A DNA stretch of 64,000 nt from an uncultured Actinomycetes bacterium (GCA_963807945.1 CAWEDT010000010.1:176799-240798); one strand, 5' to 3'. Positions 29,255-39,665 are shown, counted from the first letter of the stretch. Program-made: numbers and translations. Notes: generated by a model not told the origin, from the sequence alone.

Positions 29255-30160
29255 ATGCAACGATTGGGCCGTATCCAACGCTTGGGCCGCAAAGGCTTTT
29301 TGGTGCCATGCCTCGTGGCCGGATCGGTGATCGGTCTCGCGATCGGCGGGACGATGAGTTGGGCGACGATCCCCGACACGCTCCACGGTCGCATTGACGT
29401 GTGCTACGCGGTGTCGGGTCCGAACAAGGGCCTGCTGCGTGTGATCGACACCCAGAACGGCGCGCACTGCAACGACGGCGAGCACACGCTGGAGTGGGAT
29501 CGCAAGTCGCTGCGCTGGCGGGGCATTTGGAACCCGAACACGCTGTATGCCGACAACGACGGCGTGCGTTACGGCGGATCGTTCTACCTGGCGATCAACA
29601 GCAGCGTGAACATCGTCCCGACGAACACAGCGGCCTGGGCGTTGATCCTCCCCCAGGGAACCGCCGGCGCGACCGGAGCGAAGGGCGCCACCGGAGCGAC
29701 GGGCACCGCCGGGGTAAAGGGCCCGACGGGGGTGAAGGGCGCGACCGGTACCGCGGGCGCGCAGGGGGCAACGGGACCGAGCGGTCCCGTCGGTCCGTCG
29801 GGAACCAACGGTGTCGCCGGTGCTCCCGGGGCTTCGGCGCTCCTCGAAGCTCAACCCGCGGGCGCGCTCACCGCGTTCGCGTTGGACGACTCCGGGTGGA
29901 CCGACCTCGACGGCGCGACCACCCAGATCACGATTCCGGGAGGTTCGTCGGATCTCGTCGTGGCGCGGTGGTCGGGTCAGATCGATCCCAACGGTGCCAA
30001 CACGTCGGGCGTGATGCTCCGCATCGTCATCGACGGCACGCCGATGCATCCGTACGCGCCACCCGAAGGGGTTCCCTACGGCCAGTACCTCAGCTTCGAG
30101 CGTTCACTGTCGGGGATCGGCGCGGGCAACCACGACGTCACGGTGCAAGCGACGTCGTAG
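29255..30160 (+). CDS. membrane-anchored collagen-like repeat protein with a CBM5/12-like Trp/Tyr motif and a globular C-terminal domain (intact, 301 aa)
   Basis: ATG 29255 lies inside ORF 28835..30160, after GGAGG. The TM anchor is [18 protein letters not shown]. Next is [44 protein letters not shown]. About 20 uninterrupted G-X-Y triplets follow ([28 protein letters not shown]...GAPGAS, 29657-29836), then about 105 aa ending HDVTVQATS*. Confidence 0.75.
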   Translation: MQRLGRIQRLGRKGFLVPCLVAGSVIGLAIGGTMSWATIPDTLHGRIDVCYAVSGPNKGLLRVIDTQNGAHCNDGEHTLEWDRKSLRWRGIWNPNTLYADNDGVRYGGSFYLAINSSVNIVPTNTAAWALILPQGTAGATGAKGATGATGTAGVKGPTGVKGATGTAGAQGATGPSGPVGPSGTNGVAGAPGASALLEAQPAGALTAFALDDSGWTDLDGATTQITIPGGSSDLVVARWSGQIDPNGANTSGVMLRIVIDGTPMHPYAPPEGVPYGQYLSFERSLSGIGAGNHDVTVQATS

Positions 30161-30271
30161 CTCGTCGTGGAAGGTGCACCGCAGTAACGATTCGCGCGTC
30201 CACGGTCCCGTGTGCAGCACGGTCGTGGTGACTACGCTCGCTGCTCATGACAGCTCCTTCGCGACGAGTGG

Positions 30272-31022
30272 GTGACGATCCCCGTCCCCGGCAAAGAACG
30301 CAAGCAGTGGCAGATCGACGTGACCTTCCTCATGTCGTCGTGGCGCTGCATCTTCGGCCAGGGTTGCCAGGGAGTGCTCACCGAGCCGGCACCCGAGATG
30401 ATCCAGGGCTGTTGCTCGTACGGCGCGCACGAATCCGAGCAGAAGGTCAAGGAGCACGTCGAGAAGCTCGCGAAGCAGCTCGGCGACGACGAGTGGCAGT
30501 TCAAGTCGGTCGGGCATGAAGAAGGGCGTGTGGAAGAAGGCGGGCAAGGACGAATGGCAGACGCGGCTGCACAAGGATGCGTGCGTCTTCCTCAACCGCA
30601 CCGACTTCGAGGCCGGTCCCGGGTGCGCGTTGCACCTGCACGCGATGAACACCGGTAAGCACTTCGCCGAGACCAAGCCCACGGTGTGCTGGCAGCTGCC
30701 GTTGCGTTCCTTCGACCGCGACGAGGAAGACGACGGCTCGGTCACGTCGGTGCTCACCGAGTTCGGCCGCGACGGCTGGGGTGAGGGCGGCGAGGAGTTC
30801 GCCTGGTGGTGCACGGAGGCGCCCGAAGCGTTCACCGCGCACGAGCCCGTGTACCGGACGATGGAAACCGAGCTCCGGTTGATGATCGGCGACGACGTCT
30901 ACGACGAGGTCGTGAAGTACTGCGACGCGCGGCTCGAAGCGGGCCCGTTGCCGCTGCCGCACCCGGCCAGGTCAAGGTGTCACTCGGACGGACCCGCATC
31001 CGCAGGCCGTAGCGCGTGGTGA
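30272..31022 (+). CDS. conserved Cys-rich hypothetical protein (one frame change near 30510; 3' end uncertain 31012/31022)
   Basis: GTG 30272 gives VTIPVPGKERKQWQIDVTFLMSSWRCIFGQGCQGVLTEPAPEMIQGCCSYGAHESEQKVKEHVEKLAKQLGDDEWQF. A second block is KKGVWKKAGKDEWQTRLHKDACVFLNRTDFEAGPGCALHLHAMNTGKHFAETKPTVCWQLPLR..EEFAWWCTEAPEAF... I believe similar proteins are widespread in actinobacteria. Function unknown. Confidence 0.6.
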
Positions 31023-31031
31023 GCGCCGGGC

Positions 31032-31805
31032 GTGCCGACGGCGCAACGATCTGCTCGACGACCTCGCCGCCGAGCAGCGACGGCTCCAGGAACGTACTGC
31101 GCGACGCTCGACACCGACGCGTGGCTGCGTCCGACTCCCGCACGTGGGTGGGACGTACGCGACACCGTCGCCCATCTCGCCGATACCGACGAGATGGCGA
31201 TCGCGACTGCGACCGGCGCGCCCGGCTCCATCGGCGACCGGGCGTGCCGTCGCGGCGTCCGGCGCACGACGTGACGTATCAGGGCGTGTTGCACGGCCGG
31301 CGCCGGACCGGGCCGAGGTGCTTGGCGTGGTGGGAGTCGTCAGTGCCGCGCCGAGCGCGAGATGTTCGTGGCGCTCGACCCGAACGTGCGCGTGCCGTGG
31401 GGCATCGGTATGCGCCCGCCGTCGCTGATCACCGCGCGGCTGATGGAGACGTGGGCGCACGGCCTCGACGTGTGCGCGGCGTTGCGCGTGCCAACCCGTC
31501 GACACGGATCGGCTCGCGCACGTCGCGTGGCTCGCGACGCGGGCGCTCCCCTACGCCTACACGGTCGCCGGGCCGCGAACCGCCGTCCGATCCGCTGCGG
31601 GTCGAGCTCACGCTGCCGTCGGGCGCGGCGTGGACGATCGGGTCCCGCCGACGCGACGAATCGCATCACGGGTCCGGCCGGTGAGTACTGCCGCGTGTTC
31701 GTGCACCGGCTCGAAGCCCGCCGACGCGCCGAACGTGCACGCCGAGGGCGACGCCGCGGTCGCTGCGCTCAGCGTCGCTCGCGTGTCTCTGAGGACCAGG
31801 CCTGA
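31032..31805 (+). CDS. mycothiol-dependent maleylpyruvate isomerase-like / DinB-fold metal-binding protein (TIGR03084-like) (frame-disrupted)
   Basis: Motifs: DLLDDLAAEQRRLQE; DTDAWLRPTPARGWDVRDTVAHLADTDEMAIATATGAP; VPWGIGMRPPSLITARLMETWAHGLDVCAAL; PLRVELTLPSGAAWTIG; ITGPAGEYCRVFVHRL. ORFs 31032..31274, 31362..31805 and 31016..31684. Confidence 0.7.
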
Positions 31806-31824
31806 GCACCGGGAGCGTCCGCCG

Positions 31825-32366
31825 ATGCCGTTGTTCTCGTTCGAAGGGCTGCAGCCGCGGATCCATCCGTCGGCGTTCGTCGCGCCGACGGCGACGCTCG
31901 TCGGCGACGTGATCGTCGAGGAGCGGCGCGTCGATTTGGTACGGCGTGGTGATCCGCGCCGACTACGCGCCCGTGATCGTCCGCGCGCCGCGCCAACGTC
32001 CAGGACAACGCGGTCATCCACGGTCCGCCGGGCCTCACTACCGACGTCGGCCCGGGCGTCACGATCGCGCACAACTGCGTCGTGCACGGCGCGCTCTGCT
32101 CGAGCGGCAGTGCATCGTCGCCAACGGTTCGGTCGTGCTCGACGGCGCCACGATCGGTGCCGGCGCGCTGATCGCCGCGGGCTCGGTGGTGCCGCGGGCG
32201 TGTCGATCCCCGCGGGCATGCTCGCCGCCGGATCTCCGGCGACGGTTCGCCGGCCGGTGAAGGGCAGCGGCGCGGAGACGTGGGTCGAGATGAATCCGGG
32301 CGCGTACGCCGAGCTCGCCCAGCGCCACCGCACGGGCATCGCGTTCGTCGACCCGAAGACGGCTGA
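31825..32366 (+). CDS. gamma-carbonic anhydrase / hexapeptide-repeat (LbH) family protein (frame-disrupted; 3' end uncertain)
   Basis: Motifs: MPLFSFEGLQPRIHPSAFVAPTATLVGDVIVEE; VIRADYAPVIVR; NVQDNAVIHG; VTIAHNCVVHGA; CIVANGSVVLDGATIGAGALIAAGSVV; IPAGMLAAGSPATVRRPV..WVEMNPGAYAELAQRHRTG. The uninterrupted ORF runs on into the antisense of the next gene, so the stop is hidden by an indel. Candidate stops are 32364-32366 or about 32392. Confidence 0.75.
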
Positions 32367-32385
32367 GCCGGCGTATCCGCGTCGA

Positions 32386-32678
32386 TCAGAGGTAGAGGCC
32401 CGACTGGCCTTCGGCCCGGGTCGACGCGATCGCGTGCACGTCGCGTTCCCGCAGGATCAGGTACTCCTCGCCGCGGATCTCGACTTCGAAGCCGGTGTCG
32501 GGCGAGAACAGCACCCGGTCGCTGGCCTCGATCGTGCGCACCGTGGGCCCGGCGGCGACGACTTCGGCCCAGACAGCCGGCGGTCGACGTTGGCTGTGGC
32601 CGGGATGAGGATCCCGGCTCGGGACTTGCGATCGCCGGTCTCGGGCGACGGTGCCAGCAGGAGCCGGTCGGCGGTCAT
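32386..32678 (-). CDS. GroES-like co-chaperonin family protein (one frame change)
   Basis: The reading is MTADRLLLAPSPETGDRKSRAGILIPATANVDRR / VWAEVVAAGPTVRTIEASDRVLFSPDTGFEVEIRGEEYLILRERDVHAIASTRAEGQSGLYL*. This is a Cpn10-like pattern (GILIP..A, ..GD.VLF) with the actinobacterial -GLYL end. Confidence 0.65.
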
Positions 32679-32800
32679 GCGGATGGAATGTTTGACCTCG
32701 TCATGGGGGTCGTCGTGCGGGCATGCGACGCCAGGTTAGCCGTCAGGATACCGAGCTTCGATCCGGCCTCGGACGGTGATGCGTGGGTAGCCTCACGCCG

Positions 32801-33207
32801 ATGACGTCGCGCGCGTTGCGATCACGTTCGTCTCGGCCGCGCTCGCCGTCAGCGTGCTCGGCGCCTGCGGGAGCAGCAGCGGTGGCGGCGGAAGCTCGGC
32901 GAAGTGTCCGGCCAAGGTCGCCACGAAGACCGCGACCGGCGGCGCGGTCACGGTCTGCGCGTCCGACATCAAGTTCGACGTCAAGACGATCAAGGCCTCG
33001 CCCGGGCCGCTTAAGGTCACGCTCGAGAACGACGGCGCGATCGAGCACACTATCAAGATCAACAACACCGACCTGCGAGCTCAAGGCGAACGGCGGGCAA
33101 GACCGACTCCGGCACCGTCACGCTTGTCGAAGGGCACGTACGACTTCGACTGCACGGTCTCCGGTCACGCGGCCGCCGGCATGAAGGGCACGATCGTGGT
33201 CGGTTGA
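32801..33207 (+). CDS. cupredoxin (plastocyanin/azurin-like type-1 copper) lipoprotein (frame-disrupted)
   Basis: ATG 32801 gives M..AITFVSAALAVSVLGACGSSSGGGGSS (lipobox LGAC). Further motifs: IKFDVKTIKASPGPLKVTLENDGAIEHTI and GTYDFDCTVSGHAAAGMKGTIVVG* (Cys-x4-His-x4-Met copper site). Confidence 0.75.
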
Positions 33208-33239
33208 CCCCTGGTCGCCGATTCCGCTCGCCCGCCGTC

Positions 33240-34145
33240 ATGGTCCAGTCAACCCTCCCGCTCGAAGCTCGCCGCCCGCTGTCGACGACGTTGGGCGCGT
33301 ATATCCGCCTGACGAAACCCCGCGTCATCGAGCTGCTGCTCGTCACCGCGGTGCCGCCGATGTTCCTCGCCCAACAGGGCTGGCCGTCGATCGGACTGAT
33401 GGTCGGCGGTCGTCGTCGGCGGTGCGATGGCCGCCGGCGGCGCCAACACCATCAACTGCTGGATCGAGCGCGACCGCGATCAGCTCATGCGGCGCACGCT
33501 CTCCCGTCCGCTTCCCCAGGGCGAGATCGTTCCCGTCGCGCGCGCTCGCGTTCGGCATCGTGCTGAACGTGCTCGCGTTCGTGTTGCTCGCGACCACGGC
33601 CAACCTGCTGGCGGCAGCGCTCACCATTTCGGCGACGCTCTTCTACGTGTTCGTCTACACGATGTGGCTGAAGCCGCGCACGGTGCAGAACATCGTGATC
33701 GGCGGCGCGGCCGGCGCGGTGCCCGCGCTCGTCGGGTGGGCCGCGGTACGCGGCAGCCTGGCCGCGCCCGCGTGGTTCCTGTTCGCGGTGGTGTTCTTCT
33801 GGACGCCCGCGCACTTCTGGGCGCTGGCCGTGAAGTACCGCGACGACTACGCCGCCGCCGGTATCCCGATGCTGCCCGTGGTGCGCGGCATCGAGGAGAC
33901 GACACGTCAGATCGCCGGGTACGCGATGGTGACGGTGGCGGTGACGTTCGCGATGCCGCTCACCGGTCAGGTCGGCCGCTTCTACGCGGTCTCGGTGTTC
34001 GTGCTCGGCGTGCTGTTCGTCGGCCGGGCGCTCGCGCTCATGGCCAACGCCGACGCCGCAGGCCGCGATCAAGTTCTTCGGGTGGTCGAACGTGTACCTG
34101 ATGCTGGTGTTCGTCGCGGTTGCAGTCGACGCGCTCATCCGATAG
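33240..34145 (+). CDS. ctaB: protoheme IX farnesyltransferase (heme O synthase) (frame-disrupted)
   Basis: Motifs: [30 protein letters not shown]; [37 protein letters not shown]; [37 protein letters not shown]; [30 protein letters not shown]. The C-terminus is [23 protein letters not shown]. Confidence 0.9.
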
Positions 34146-34768
34146 CTCCTCGGATCGTCCCGACTCGGGCCCGTCGCGCACGGCGATCTGGATCCTCGTC
34201 GTCGTGTCGATCGCGATCCCGGCGGTTGTGCTCGCGCTGATCGTCACCCACGACAGCTCGCACAATCCGGCGGCGACCGCCACGACCACGCCGAGGACCG
34301 ACGTCGCGCCGATCGACACGCACAAGGCGCGAGGTCGGGACTCTCGCGCCCGACTTCACGCTCCCGACGACGGACGGGGAAGCACCTCACCCTCTCCGAC
34401 GTTGCGCGGCCGTCCGGTCGTCGTCGTGTTCTTCGCGTCGTGGTGCCACCCGTGCGAAGAGGAGCTGCCCGTGCTCCAACAGCTCCGACGCGAGAACGCT
34501 GCGCTCGAGATCGTCGGCGTGAACTACCACGACCTGTCGTCCGACAGCGTCGACTTCGTGCGCCGGCTTGCACGTGACGTTCCCCACGCTCCTCGACTCG
34601 CCCGACGGTCCGATCGCCGAGCGCTACGGCGTGCGCGGTATCCCGCAGACGATCTTCGTCGACAAGCAGGGCGTCGTGCGCGGCCGCGTTTACGGCGAGA
34701 CGAGCCGCAAAGCGCTGCAACCCGCGATCGCCGATCTCCTGGCCGGCCGGAACATCCGCACGGTATGA
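34120..34768 (+). CDS. TlpA/ResA-like membrane-anchored thiol-disulfide oxidoreductase (frame-disrupted)
   Basis: The TM anchor is RTAIWILVVVSIAIPAVVLALIV. Motifs: APDFTLPTTDGK; LRGRPVVVVFFASWCHPCEEELPVLQQL (WCxxC); EIVGVNYHD; HVTFPTLLDSPDGPIAERYGVRGIPQTIFVDKQGVVRGRVYGE. TTG 34120 is the only in-frame start. Confidence 0.8.
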
Positions 34769-34880
34769 GCCCGGACGCGCGTCCTCGGGGACAGGTAGTT
34801 CGGCCTATGGTTATCGGCCGGTCACATGTGGCCGAATGGGAACGGGTGGAACCGGGTGGGTTCCCGAGCAGGCGGGGTGG

Positions 34881-36180
34881 ATGATGGCGGTTTCTGGGTC
34901 GCGGCGATTGCGGGTTGCCGGTGTTGCGGTGCTGCTGTCGGTAGGAGCCGTGGTACTCGTCGGCACCGCGGGCGGTGCCGCGGCGCGGGCTCGTACTCCG
35001 GAGTGGGTGCCCATCAGGTCTCGTGCGGTGTGTGCTCAGGTCAAGGCCCGGCACGTGCGCTGCGCGGCGATCCAGGTCCTGAACCCCGACGCGATCGCGG
35101 TTGATGCGGCCGCGCGCCCGAACAAGCCGACCCCGACGACTCGAGCAACGACGACGAGTTCGACCACTACGACTCGACGACAACGACGACGACGCAGCCG
35201 GGAGGGATCTTCGTGCACCACGGTGCATGCCGGGTTCACGCCCTGCGACGTGCGGGCCGCGTATGCGTTGCCCGCAGCACCGGCGGGTGCCGGTCAGACC
35301 GTCGCGATCGTCGATGCGTACGACGCCCCGAAGGCCGAGGCCGACCTCGGGGTGTACCGAGCGGCATACGGACTGGGTGCGTGCACGACCGCGAACCACT
35401 GTTTCCGCAAGGTCAGCCAGACCGGCGGAACGAGATATCCCCGAGGGAACGTGGGCTGGGCCGAGGAGATCTCCCTCGACATCGACATGGTCTCTGCCAC
35501 GTGCCCGAACTGTCACATCCTGTTGGTCGAAGCGAACTCGAACAACCTCGGTGATCTGCTGACCGCCGAGCACGAAGCCGTCGTGTTGGGCGCAAACGTC
35601 ATCTCGAACAGCTGGGCCGCGAGCGAGTTCAGCAGCGAAGCGACGTACGACAGTTACTTCAACCAGAACATCCCGATCACCGCGAGCACCGGCGACGACG
35701 GCTACGGCGTTGGCTGGCCGGCCGCGTCGCCCTACGTCACCGCGGTCGGCGGTACGAGCCTGACGCGGGCTGCGACGCCGCGGCTGGTCGGAGACTGCGT
35801 GGAGCGGCGCCGGGAGCGGTTGCTCGGCGTATGAGACCAAGCCCGCCTGGCAGACCGACGCGGGGTGTCCGCGCCGCACCGTCGGCGACGTGTCGGCCGT
35901 TGCCGACCCGAGCACCGGCGTCGCGGTCTACGACTCCTACGGCGCGTCGGGCTGGCTCGTTTTCGGCGGCACCAGCGTTGCATCGCCGATCGTCGCGTCC
36001 GTTTACGCGCTTGCTGCGGACGGTCGGAACCCCGGCCAACGTGTATGCACACGCGTCGAGCCTCTTCGATGTCACCTCGGGAACCAACGGAACCTGCAGC
36101 CCCAGCTATCTCTGCACCGCCGGCCCCGGCTACGACGGACCCACCGGACTCGGCACCCGAACGGAACCGGCAGCTTCTAA
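34881..36180 (+). CDS. secreted S53 (sedolisin/kumamolisin-like) serine peptidase (frame-disrupted)
   Basis: The signal is MMAVSGSRRLRVAGVAVLLSVGAVVLVGTAGG. Motifs: FTPCDVRAAYAL; GQTVAIVDAYDAPKAEADLGVYRAAYGL; GWAEEISLDIDMVSATCPNCHILLVEA; ISNSWAASE; ITASTGDDGYG..WPAASPYVTAVGGTSL; DVSAVADPSTGVAVYDS..WLVFGGTSVASPIVASVYAL. The C-terminus is GYDGPTGLGTPNGTGSF*. Confidence 0.8.
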
Positions 36181-36204
36181 TCCGGCTCCGGCGTGTCAAG
36201 ACCT

Positions 36205-36250
36205 TCTCGGGCCCGGCAGTACCCGTTTATGGGAACTGAACGGCCCGAGA
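36205..36250 (+). terminator. candidate stem-loop downstream of the S53 peptidase gene (9-bp GC-rich stem, no U-tract)
   Basis: TCTCGGGCC (36205-36213) is the exact reverse complement of GGCCCGAGA (36242-36250). The 28-nt loop contains a further CCC..GGG pair. It starts 25 nt after TAA 36178-36180. Confidence 0.25.
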
Positions 36251-36303
36251 ATCCGTCGTCGGATCGCGTCGCACGACCAATGGCCCAGTCGTAGAGTCGT
36301 GTT

Positions 36304-36459
36304 GTGGGAATCCAGGACGAGGACTCGTACTTCCGGCGCAGCTACCTGCCGCTACCCGGACAGCAGCGAGGTTGGCGCCGGCGTGTGCTCCAGGTCGCGG
36401 CGGTGTTCATTGTCGTCGCGCTGATCGGCGGATTCATCGCCACGATCGCCGGTCGCTGA
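36304..36459 (+). CDS. possible 51-aa single-TM mini-protein
   Basis: GTG 36304 follows an in-frame TAG. The reading is VGIQDEDSYFRRSYLPLPGQQRGWRRRVLQVAAVFIVVALIGGFIATIAGR*. It is shorter than the ORF-track cutoff and no homology is recognised. Confidence 0.3.
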   Translation: MGIQDEDSYFRRSYLPLPGQQRGWRRRVLQVAAVFIVVALIGGFIATIAGR

Positions 36460-36489
36460 GACGACACCAAACGTTGACCGAGGCTGTAC

Positions 36490-36831
36490 TCAGGACCAAC
36501 CATCGTCCGGTACGTAGGGTCGGTGCAGGGTCTCGGGCGTAAGGAACAACATCTTGGCGGGCCGGAGCACGATCTGGCGGTGCCATGCACCCTTCGGGAT
36601 GACACACGCGGATCCGGGTCGGAGTTCGATGCGTCGTTCTTCGTTGTGATCGAGGTCGTCACGAAGGACTACGTCGATCGCGCCTTCGACGAGATACAGG
36701 AACTCGTCGGCGTCAGGATGCATCTCCCATTCATCGCGCTCGCCGGCGGTCTCGACGATCACGTGGCCGACCCGACGATTGTCGAACTCGACGTCGAGGA
36801 ACTCGGCGATCGGATGTGCCTGCGTCGTCAT
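36490..36831 (-). CDS. cupin-domain protein (intact, 113 aa)
   Basis: ORF 36490..36831 carries GHVIVETAGERDEWEMHPDADEFLYLVEGAIDVVL...GSACVIPKGAWHRQ. This resembles a two-motif cupin pattern. Confidence 0.65.
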   Translation of the reverse strand: MTTQAHPIAEFLDVEFDNRRVGHVIVETAGERDEWEMHPDADEFLYLVEGAIDVVLRDDLDHNEERRIELRPGSACVIPKGAWHRQIVLRPAKMLFLTPETLHRPYVPDDGWS

Positions 36832-36857
36832 CGATCGCTCCTAACGCTCGCCGATCG

Positions 36858-37590
36858 TCACTCTTCCCAGCGGAACCAGTGCGCGGCGGCGAGCGGTGCG
36901 AGTATCGCCCACGCGATGAGCACGACGAACTGGCCGGTGGGGAACTTCTCGGTCGACAGCACCGACCGCACCGTGTTGGAGAGCGCGGCCGCCGGGAGCA
37001 ACTTCGCGAACGCCTGCACCGGGCCCCGGGAGCTTCGACAGTGGGTAGGCCATCCCGCCGAGGAACAGCATCACGAGGAAGAGCGCGTTCGCAGCAGCCA
37101 GGTTCGCCTCTGCGCGTAGCGTGCCCGCCATCAGCAACCCGATGCCCGCGAACGCGATCGTTCCGATGAGTAACAGGACGAGCGCCGCCGGCAATCCCGA
37201 CGGCACGTGCCAACCCAGGGCGATCCCCGCGCTGACGATGAGCAGCGCCGAGATCAACTCGAAGAGCAGCACCACACCCGTCTTCGCCGCGAGCAGACCA
37301 CCGCGCGAGAGCGGTGTCGACCCGAGCCGCTTCAACACGCCGTAGCGACGCTCGAATCCCGTCGCGATGCCGAGCGAGACCATCGCCGCCGCCATCACCG
37401 CGAGCGAGAGCACGCCGGGAACGAGGAAGTCGACGGGATGCTTGAAATCCGACGGGATCGTCGTGTCGATCTTCGAGAAGAACACGAGGATGCCGAGCGG
37501 GACCGCGAGCGTGACGATCAGGTTCTCGCCCCGCCGGAGCTGCAACGTGAGCTCGGCGCGTGACTGCGCGCCGACGGCCCGCCGGTTCAC
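36858..37590 (-). CDS. ABC-2 type exporter permease (one frame change near the 3' end)
   Basis: GTG 37590 overlaps the ATPase stop (GTGA). The reading is VNRRAVGAQSRAELTLQLRRGENLIVTLAVPLGILVFF...VPGVLSLAVMAAAMVSLGIATGFERRYGVLKRLGSTPLSRGGLLAAK... The C-terminus is FAKLLPAAALSNTVRSVL..AHWFRWEE*. Confidence 0.8.
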
Positions 37591-38557
37591 GAGTCGTCCT
37601 CGGCGGTGATCTGCAGGAACACGGATTCGAGCGAACGCCGACCGGATTGCAATGCGGCCAGGGTGATGTCGCGATCGCGCAGGAAGCACGCGAGGTCGGC
37701 GATGCGCGCCGGCGTGCCCGCGGCGCGCACGACGTACTCCCCCGCCTGCGCCTCCACCACCGTTGCCGGTTCGAGGCCGATGGCTTTGGCGAGCAGGTCG
37801 ACGTCGATCCCGGGATCGGCGACGAACGCGATCTCGTCGACCGCGGCGTTGCGGGTCAGGTCCGACGGCGAACCGAGCGCGGCGAGCCGGCCGCCGTTGA
37901 TGATCGCGACGCGATCGCACAACGTTTCCGCTTCGTCCATCGCGTGCGTCGTGAGGAGAACGGTCACGCCGCGTTCGCGCAGCGAGCGCACGAGGTCCCA
38001 CGTCGTCGCGCGGGCGTGCGGGATCCATACCCGCGGTCGGCTCGTCGAGGAACACGACACGCGGCCGGCCGATGAGCGCGCACGCGAGCGAGAGTCGCTG
38101 GGCCTGGCCGCCCGACAGTCTGCGCACCGGCGTCGCGGTCGTGTCGCGCAGGCCGACGAGGTCGAGCATCGCGTCGGGCGAGTCCGCCTCGTCGTAGTAC
38201 GCGGCGAAGAGCCGTAAGAGCTCGAGCGGCCGCAATCCCGGGTACAGGCCACCCGCTTGGAGCATCACGCCGATCTGCGGGCGCAAACGACGGCCGTCGC
38301 CCACCGGATCGAGGCCGAGCACGCGCACGGTGCCCGCATCGGGACGGCGGTAGCCCTCGAGGATCTCGACGGTCGTGGTCTTGCCCGCGCCGTTGGGTCC
38401 GAGCAGCCCGAACACCTCGCCCGCGCCGACCTCGAAGTCGAGGTCGTCTACGGCCCGCTTCGATCCGTACGACTTTCGCAGCCCGGCAACCGAGATCGTG
38501 CTGGTGCCGGCGTCGGCGCTCAGGAGTCCCGCCAGGCGACGTAGGCCGCCAGCTCAT
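37587..38557 (-). CDS. ABC transporter ATP-binding protein (DrrA-like) (frame-disrupted; start uncertain)
   Basis: Motifs: ISVAGLRKSYGSKRAVDDLDFEVGAGEVFGLLGPNGAGKTTTVEILEG (Walker A); LSGGQAQRLSLACALIGRPRVVFLDEPTAGMDP (signature and Walker B); VLLTTHAMDEAETLCDRVAIINGGRL. The conserved frame has no canonical start. The nearest ATG (38557) is in another frame and overlaps the upstream gene. Confidence 0.85.
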
Positions 38558-39596
38558 CGAGCCACACGCGAGCGGTTTCGGTGAGCGGTGCTGCCGCCGA
38601 GCGCGTCGCGGGCCTCGACGACGAGCCGCTCGATCTCCGCCTCCACGTCGTCGACCGCGCCGGTGCGCACGAAGAGGGCTTGCAACTCGGCGACATCGGT
38701 CTCGGTCAGGTCGGCGGCACCGACCCGGCTGAGCAGCTCGCGGTCTTCGTCGGTGGCGCGGGCGGTCGCGATCGCGATCAGCGGGGTCGGCTTGCCTTCG
38801 CGCAGGTCGTCGCCCACCGGCTTGCCGGTCACCGACGGATTCGCCGAACGCGCCGAGCACGTCGTCGCGGAACTGGAACGCCTCGCCCATCGGCAGCCCG
38901 ATCGCGGACAGCGCGGCGCCGAGCTCGCCGTGGCGGCCGGTGAGTGCGGCGCCGAGATGCAGCGGGCGTTCGACCGTGTACTTGCCCGACTTGTACGTCG
39001 CGATGCGACGCGCGGTCTCCGCGTCGGTGCGCGCGGTCGCAGTCCCGACGAGATCGAGCGACTGGCCGACACACAGCTCGACGCGTAGCTCGTCGAAGAT
39101 CTGCTGCGCATCCGCGGGCGCACCGCGCAACAGGATGTCGGCGTATACGAGCGCGAAGTCGCCGACGAGGATGGCCATGCCGTCGCCGAAGCGCCGGGCC
39201 GGACCCCGCCACGATGCATCTTCGTGTTGCCGGGCGAAGCGACGGTGCACCGCGTCTCGGCCGCGCCGGATGTCGGAGCCGTCCATGATGTCGTCGTGTA
39301 CGAGCGCGAACGTGTGCACGAGTTCGAGCGCGGCCGCGGCGTCGATGACCGCGGCATCGTCGATCGCGCCCCCCGCACCGACGTACGCGCACGCGCAGAA
39401 CGCGGGCCGCAAGTCGCTTGCCGCCGGCGGCGACGAAATCTCGGAGTGCGAGGAGTGGATCGACGAGTGCGGGGTCGACCGCGTTCCAACGGTCGATCTC
39501 GGCGGCGAGCAGCGTGTCGATGCGCTGCTCGACTCGATCGGCGACCGGATCGAGTGCGTCGGGGAACGCGGCGGTCCGGGCCGCCGTGCTGGTCAT
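38520..39596 (-). CDS. polyprenyl diphosphate synthase (GGPP/FPP synthase family) (frame-disrupted)
   Basis: ATG 39596 gives MTSTAARTAAFPDALDPVADRVEQRIDTLL. Motifs: AALELVHTFALVHDDIMDGSDIRRG (first DDxxD); LVGDFALVYAD; YKSGKYTVERPLHLGA; GEAFQFRDDVLGAFG (second DDxxD); GKPVGDDLREGKPT. The C-terminus is WLDELAAYVAWRDS*. Confidence 0.85.
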
Positions 39597-39665
39597 GGCG
39601 AGAGGCTACGCCGCGGGCTCCGGGCGTTCCCCATCGTCGGTGGGCGGCCCGTAGCCTGCGCCGCG

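Noticed and set aside
29584-29808. Minus-strand ORF 29584..29808, rich in Pro, Val and Ala.
   Set aside because: It is the antisense shadow of the Gly-X-Y repeat of the collagen-like gene. Its periodicity comes from GGN codons read backwards.
3557-30160. A degraded prophage, suggested by the small membrane-protein genes at 3110-3943 and the collagen-like (tail-fibre-like) gene at 29255-30160.
   Set aside because: The two loci are 25 kb apart and separated by housekeeping operons. I saw no terminase, portal, capsid, integrase or att-like repeats anywhere in the window.
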